25,786 bases of DNA from a virus (Duplodnaviria > Caudoviricetes). The notes under the pieces were generated by a model, which did not search any database, was not told where the DNA came from, and saw nothing but the letters and a program-made list of their open reading frames with translations. The stretch covers positions 1 through 25,786 of IMG/VR virus record IMGVR_UViG_3300049828_000236. One strand, given 5' to 3'. The translations under genes were made by a program, and so were the position numbers. This document shows positions 22,767 to 25,786 of this stretch, piece after piece (the first letter of the stretch is position 1; every line of letters begins with the position of its first letter).

Positions 22767-22993
22767 CCTACCAAGAAATCTATTCGAGGGCTGTCCAGTA
22801 CGAATTGACGGATGTTGAACTGGCCGTTCTGTCCGGCTTATTGGCTGACCCAACGGGCAATTTATGGGAGGCGCTCAAGTTGGTTAGAGGCGAATGGCGG
22901 GATGTTTTCGATGCATTGAACAATCTGGTCATGCACAACATAATCAAGGTGGAAACGGACTGCAACGGCTTTGCATATCAGTTCTTGCCATGA
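22763..22993 (+). CDS. Small winged-helix-like protein
   Basis: 'LTDVELAVLSGLL...VFDALNNLV.HNII.V' pattern. Confidence 0.6.
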   Translation: MTYQEIYSRAVQYELTDVELAVLSGLLADPTGNLWEALKLVRGEWRDVFDALNNLVMHNIIKVETDCNGFAYQFLP

Positions 22994-23091
22994 ACTACGT
23001 GAAAATGCCTTATGATGCACTGCCCAAGGCTATGACATGGCCCGTGACGCAAGAGGCATTGGAATACCTGAAGCGTCATGCACGAGGGTAA
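22990..23091 (+). CDS. 33 aa hypothetical micro-protein
   Basis: ATGA-coupled ORF MNYVKMPYDALPKAMTWPVTQEALEYLKRHARG filling the gap before the initiator. Confidence 0.45.
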   Translation: MNYVKMPYDALPKAMTWPVTQEALEYLKRHARG

Positions 23092-23848
23092 CGGGATCTG
23101 GATACCAGCGGAGATATGGGCATTGGACTTGAACCCAATGCAGCGCATCATGCTGGCCCGCGTGCAGAGTTTGGCCCAGTCAAGCGGCACGTCATGGGCA
23201 GGAGACGAATATTTGGCCAACGAACTGCGCTGCACCGTTCCATACATCCGCAAACTGCGCAAGGGGCTGGAGGAACTCGGATATTTGACGCGGACGGGAT
23301 ACGGCTACACGCGCAAGTTGAATGTAGACCTGACGCCTAAAGAAGTTCCTACAGGAACAAGTTCCAATAGTCACAAGTTCCTACAGGAACAAGTTCCTAT
23401 AGTCACAAAAGAAGTTCCTGTAGTATCAGAAGAAGTTCCTATAGTCACAAAAGAAGTTCCTGTAGGAGCGCATATAGAAGAGTATAGTAAAGAGAATAGT
23501 AAAGAAGTATCAAAGAGTATAGAGGCCAAACCAAAAAAAGAGGCAACCCCAAAAGACCTTCAGACGGTCATCGACGCCTTCGTGGCGGCCGGCCAGACCT
23601 CCGACTTGGGCGAGCGATTTTACAACTACTACGAAAGCGTCGGGTGGGTTATTGGCAAGGCCAGAAAGCCGATGAAGGACTGGAAGGCCACAGCAAGAGA
23701 TTGGATACAACGAGAAACCAAATACCAGAATGAATCAATTAACAACGGTTGGAACAATGCCGGGAAGAGGGGCGGTCGCCACCTCCGTCCAAGCGGCGAA
23801 TACGCTCACCCCTCCGACGTCCTTAAGGACCGCAATATTTGGGGCTAA
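23078..23848 (+). CDS. Replication initiator (lambda O-like organisation)
   Basis: N-terminal wHTH 'GIWIP.EIW...L......LA...', internal iterons, C-terminal 'FYNYYESVGW..GK...MKDWKA.AR.W'. Confidence 0.85.
   Translation: MHEGNGIWIPAEIWALDLNPMQRIMLARVQSLAQSSGTSWAGDEYLANELRCTVPYIRKLRKGLEELGYLTRTGYGYTRKLNVDLTPKEVPTGTSSNSHKFLQEQVPIVTKEVPVVSEEVPIVTKEVPVGAHIEEYSKENSKEVSKSIEAKPKKEATPKDLQTVIDAFVAAGQTSDLGERFYNYYESVGWVIGKARKPMKDWKATARDWIQRETKYQNESINNGWNNAGKRGGRHLRPSGEYAHPSDVLKDRNIWG
23343..23545. repeat. Iteron array and A-rich tract: probable replication origin
   Basis: AAGTTCC at 23343, 23359, 23375, 23391, 23412, 23433, 23454, followed by A-rich AAAGAG(T/A)ATAG-type repeats. Confidence 0.85.
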
Positions 23849-24404
23849 TGTGCAAAGAGCATTGCGAGAGATGCCCGTGGAAACGCGGGCGGTGTTGGTG
23901 GAGATGCTGTCCACCACGCTGGAGATGTTAAGTACAGCAAACGGGCTGAAGACGGACAAGGCAATTGCAATCGCAGCCAAGCGGTTGGTGGATGAGTTCG
24001 CCAACTTTACTATCGAGGATTGGCGGCTCTGTCTTTACGAGATGCAGGCCGGCCGTTCGATAAACCACTACAACAACACCAACCTCGAGTGGCTCATAAA
24101 GTGCTTTCAAGCCTACGACGAGCGCAAGGTGGAGGCCATGCGTCAACTGCACAGCGAGCAGGCCACAGCGCACCAACGTGAGACCGCCACGTTGTTCCAG
24201 GTGCCGCTAACCGACGCCATTGGCGACCGGGAGCGTGCGCCGCGATCACTGGCCAAGTTCATCGCCGGGGCCGAAGGGCGCATGACCTTCGACGAACGCG
24301 ACCAGATGGCACGCCGTGACGTTGCCCGCCGGGACGCCAAGGTGAAGCAGCAGATGCGGCAATTGGTCAGGGCGCAAATGCGGGCAGAACGCAAGAAGCC
24401 ATGA
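23730..24404 (+). CDS. Putative helicase loader / replication accessory protein (start uncertain)
   Basis: Follows and overlaps initiator; 'FTIEDWRLC...M.AG.....Y....LE....CF.AYD.RK' helical domain. Confidence 0.5.
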   Translation: MNQLTTVGTMPGRGAVATSVQAANTLTPPTSLRTAIFGANVQRALREMPVETRAVLVEMLSTTLEMLSTANGLKTDKAIAIAAKRLVDEFANFTIEDWRLCLYEMQAGRSINHYNNTNLEWLIKCFQAYDERKVEAMRQLHSEQATAHQRETATLFQVPLTDAIGDRERAPRSLAKFIAGAEGRMTFDERDQMARRDVARRDAKVKQQMRQLVRAQMRAERKKP

Positions 24405-24730
24405 AGTGGGACTACGAGGACTTGGAGCAGTACCGCATCACCCGGCAGGGGCGGTTCAGCAGCGCGGTGTTCACGGAGATGGAGGCCACCGAGCAGATGG
24501 CGCAGGAGTTCATGCAGCAAGCGCAGGCGATACGGGATTACATCGAGGCTGGGCAGGTTGAGACAACCGTGCTGTCTACCCCCATGCGCAAGAACGGAAA
24601 GCTGACGCAGATGTTCAGGCAGCATGCCACCGACATGGATGTCGCCACGTTCCTTCGGCTGCGTCAGCAGGCCGAGGCGCTGGAGGAGCGTGCGGGGCTT
24701 ATTTTGGACGCGTTACGGCTTGGGACATGA
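24401..24730 (+). CDS. Hypothetical protein
   Basis: ATGA coupling on both sides. Confidence 0.7.
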   Translation: MKWDYEDLEQYRITRQGRFSSAVFTEMEATEQMAQEFMQQAQAIRDYIEAGQVETTVLSTPMRKNGKLTQMFRQHATDMDVATFLRLRQQAEALEERAGLILDALRLGT

Positions 24731-25380
24731 CAACCATCATCTACACCAACTGGAGGCGAGCAGCGCAGTTGCAGGGCATCGTGGGCAGGGCGATTGACCA
24801 GACGGCCCACCCGCAGGTGCACGTCATTGACAATGCCAGCGGCACGCGGCACGCATACCAAGGCAAGGCGCACAAGATGATTCACGCGGACAATTCGCTC
24901 AAGTGCTGGGCGCGTTGGGTCGAAGCGATGCAGGTGGACACGCGCTATGTGTGCATCATGGACGATGACCTCACGTTCACGCGGCCAACGGTCATCGAGG
25001 AGTGCCAGGCGTACATGGACGAGCACAAAGGCGTGCAGTGCATCGGAGCGTTCGGGGTGCTGCTACCCAAAGGCCGCAGGTATTGGGAAAGCCGGCACAC
25101 AAAGGCCAAGCACGACACCACAGTCGCGGTGCAGGTGGTTAAGGGCAGGTTCATGTTTATCCGCCGGGACGCGCTCGATGGGCTGGGCATCGAGCCGGAC
25201 CTGACCTGCGACGACATCAAGGTCAGTGCGCATCTGTGGGATAAGCGATTGCCAGGGTTCCTGCACAGGGCGTTCAAGGACTTGGTTGAAGGGCCGGAAG
25301 CGCTTCACGCAGATCCCGTGCAGAGGATGAAGAGGAACGAGGCTGCGGCCAAATACTTCCCCGATGCCAAGCGTACCTAA
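24727..25380 (+). CDS. GT-A fold (GT2/GT64-like) glycosyltransferase
   Basis: 'IIYTNWRR...L', 'VHVIDNAS', 'YVCIMDDDL' (DxD), 'FMFIRR', 'CDDIKVS'. Confidence 0.8.
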   Translation: MTTIIYTNWRRAAQLQGIVGRAIDQTAHPQVHVIDNASGTRHAYQGKAHKMIHADNSLKCWARWVEAMQVDTRYVCIMDDDLTFTRPTVIEECQAYMDEHKGVQCIGAFGVLLPKGRRYWESRHTKAKHDTTVAVQVVKGRFMFIRRDALDGLGIEPDLTCDDIKVSAHLWDKRLPGFLHRAFKDLVEGPEALHADPVQRMKRNEAAAKYFPDAKRT

Positions 25381-25642
25381 AGGCCGGCCACCGAAGTGGC
25401 ACGCGACGATTCCGGGAGCGGACAAGGTCGAAGCCATCTACCACACCCACAAGTGGCAGAAGTACCGCGCGTGGTTCTTGAAGGAGAACCCGGTGTGTGT
25501 GCAGTGCGAAAGATTATCGAACGTAGTTGACCACATCATCCCGGCGAGGCAGAAGCCAGATTGGTTCTGGCGGACGACAAACCATCAGGCGCTATGCGAC
25601 TCATGCCACAACAAGAAGCGGGCGGGAAGTGATATGTATTGA
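25364..25642 (+). CDS. HNH endonuclease, HK97 gp74-like packaging cofactor
   Basis: 'W.KYR..FL.ENPVCVQC', 'VVDHIIP', 'FW...NHQALC..CHNKK'. Confidence 0.92.
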   Translation: MPSVPKGRPPKWHATIPGADKVEAIYHTHKWQKYRAWFLKENPVCVQCERLSNVVDHIIPARQKPDWFWRTTNHQALCDSCHNKKRAGSDMY

Positions 25643-25786
25643 CTGCTTCTGATTGCAGTTAAGTAATATCAAAACAATAACAGAAAGGAAGAAACGGACT
25701 CTTCATTTTCTGCTCGGATTCTTGCTTATTTGAACCAGTCGGGCGGAATCTCAGCAGGGGTAGGGGGTGCAGCGAAGGAATTTAAC

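Larger units (their letters stand above)
1..25786 (+). mobile_element. Probable complete genome of an HK97-like siphovirus, likely infecting Bacteroidota
   Basis: Full set of packaging, head, neck, tail, lysis and replication modules; window begins at terS and ends with the HNH gene that normally precedes terS; no host genes seen. Confidence 0.9.

Noticed and set aside
23343-23465. CRISPR-like mini-array
   Set aside because: Cores are 7 bp with repeating 9-14 nt spacers inside a coding gene; consistent with iterons
25783-25786. TAAC shared by both window ends as a terminal repeat
   Set aside because: Four bases is too short to count as evidence of circularity

Overview
The window looks like an essentially complete ~25.8 kb genome of a small, GC-rich, HK97-like long-tailed phage (siphovirus), with every credible gene on the + strand. 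The order is terS-terL-portal-[inserted O-methyltransferase]-protease/major capsid fusion-neck genes-tail terminator/fibre fusion-small ORFs-[glycosyltransferase]-tail tube-chaperone (-1 frameshift)-tape measure-tail tip-lysis cassette, followed by early recombination and replication genes, a second glycosyltransferase and an HNH nuclease that would abut terS on a circular map. TTG-N19-TAnnTTTG promoters, A/C-rich leaders mostly lacking Shine-Dalgarno motifs and a DUF3127-like SSB point to a Bacteroidota host (inference). No integrase, clear CI-type repressor, DNA polymerase or reverse transcriptase was seen. The main leads are: (1) a dispersed glycan-modification kit of two GT-A glycosyltransferases plus a sugar O-methyltransferase beside virion genes, a candidate virion glycosylation system; (2) a tail terminator fused to a ~700 aa fibre with a lectin/GH54-like tip; (3) a protease-capsid fusion with an internal promoter and start; (4) a candidate late sRNA complementary to the start of the RecE-like exonuclease gene; (5) a tRNA-like RNA with a large insert directly upstream of that same gene; (6) several unannotated micro-ORFs (half-dockerin, basic peptide, ribbon-helix-helix, holin). 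All product calls come from motif recognition by eye; no searches were run.
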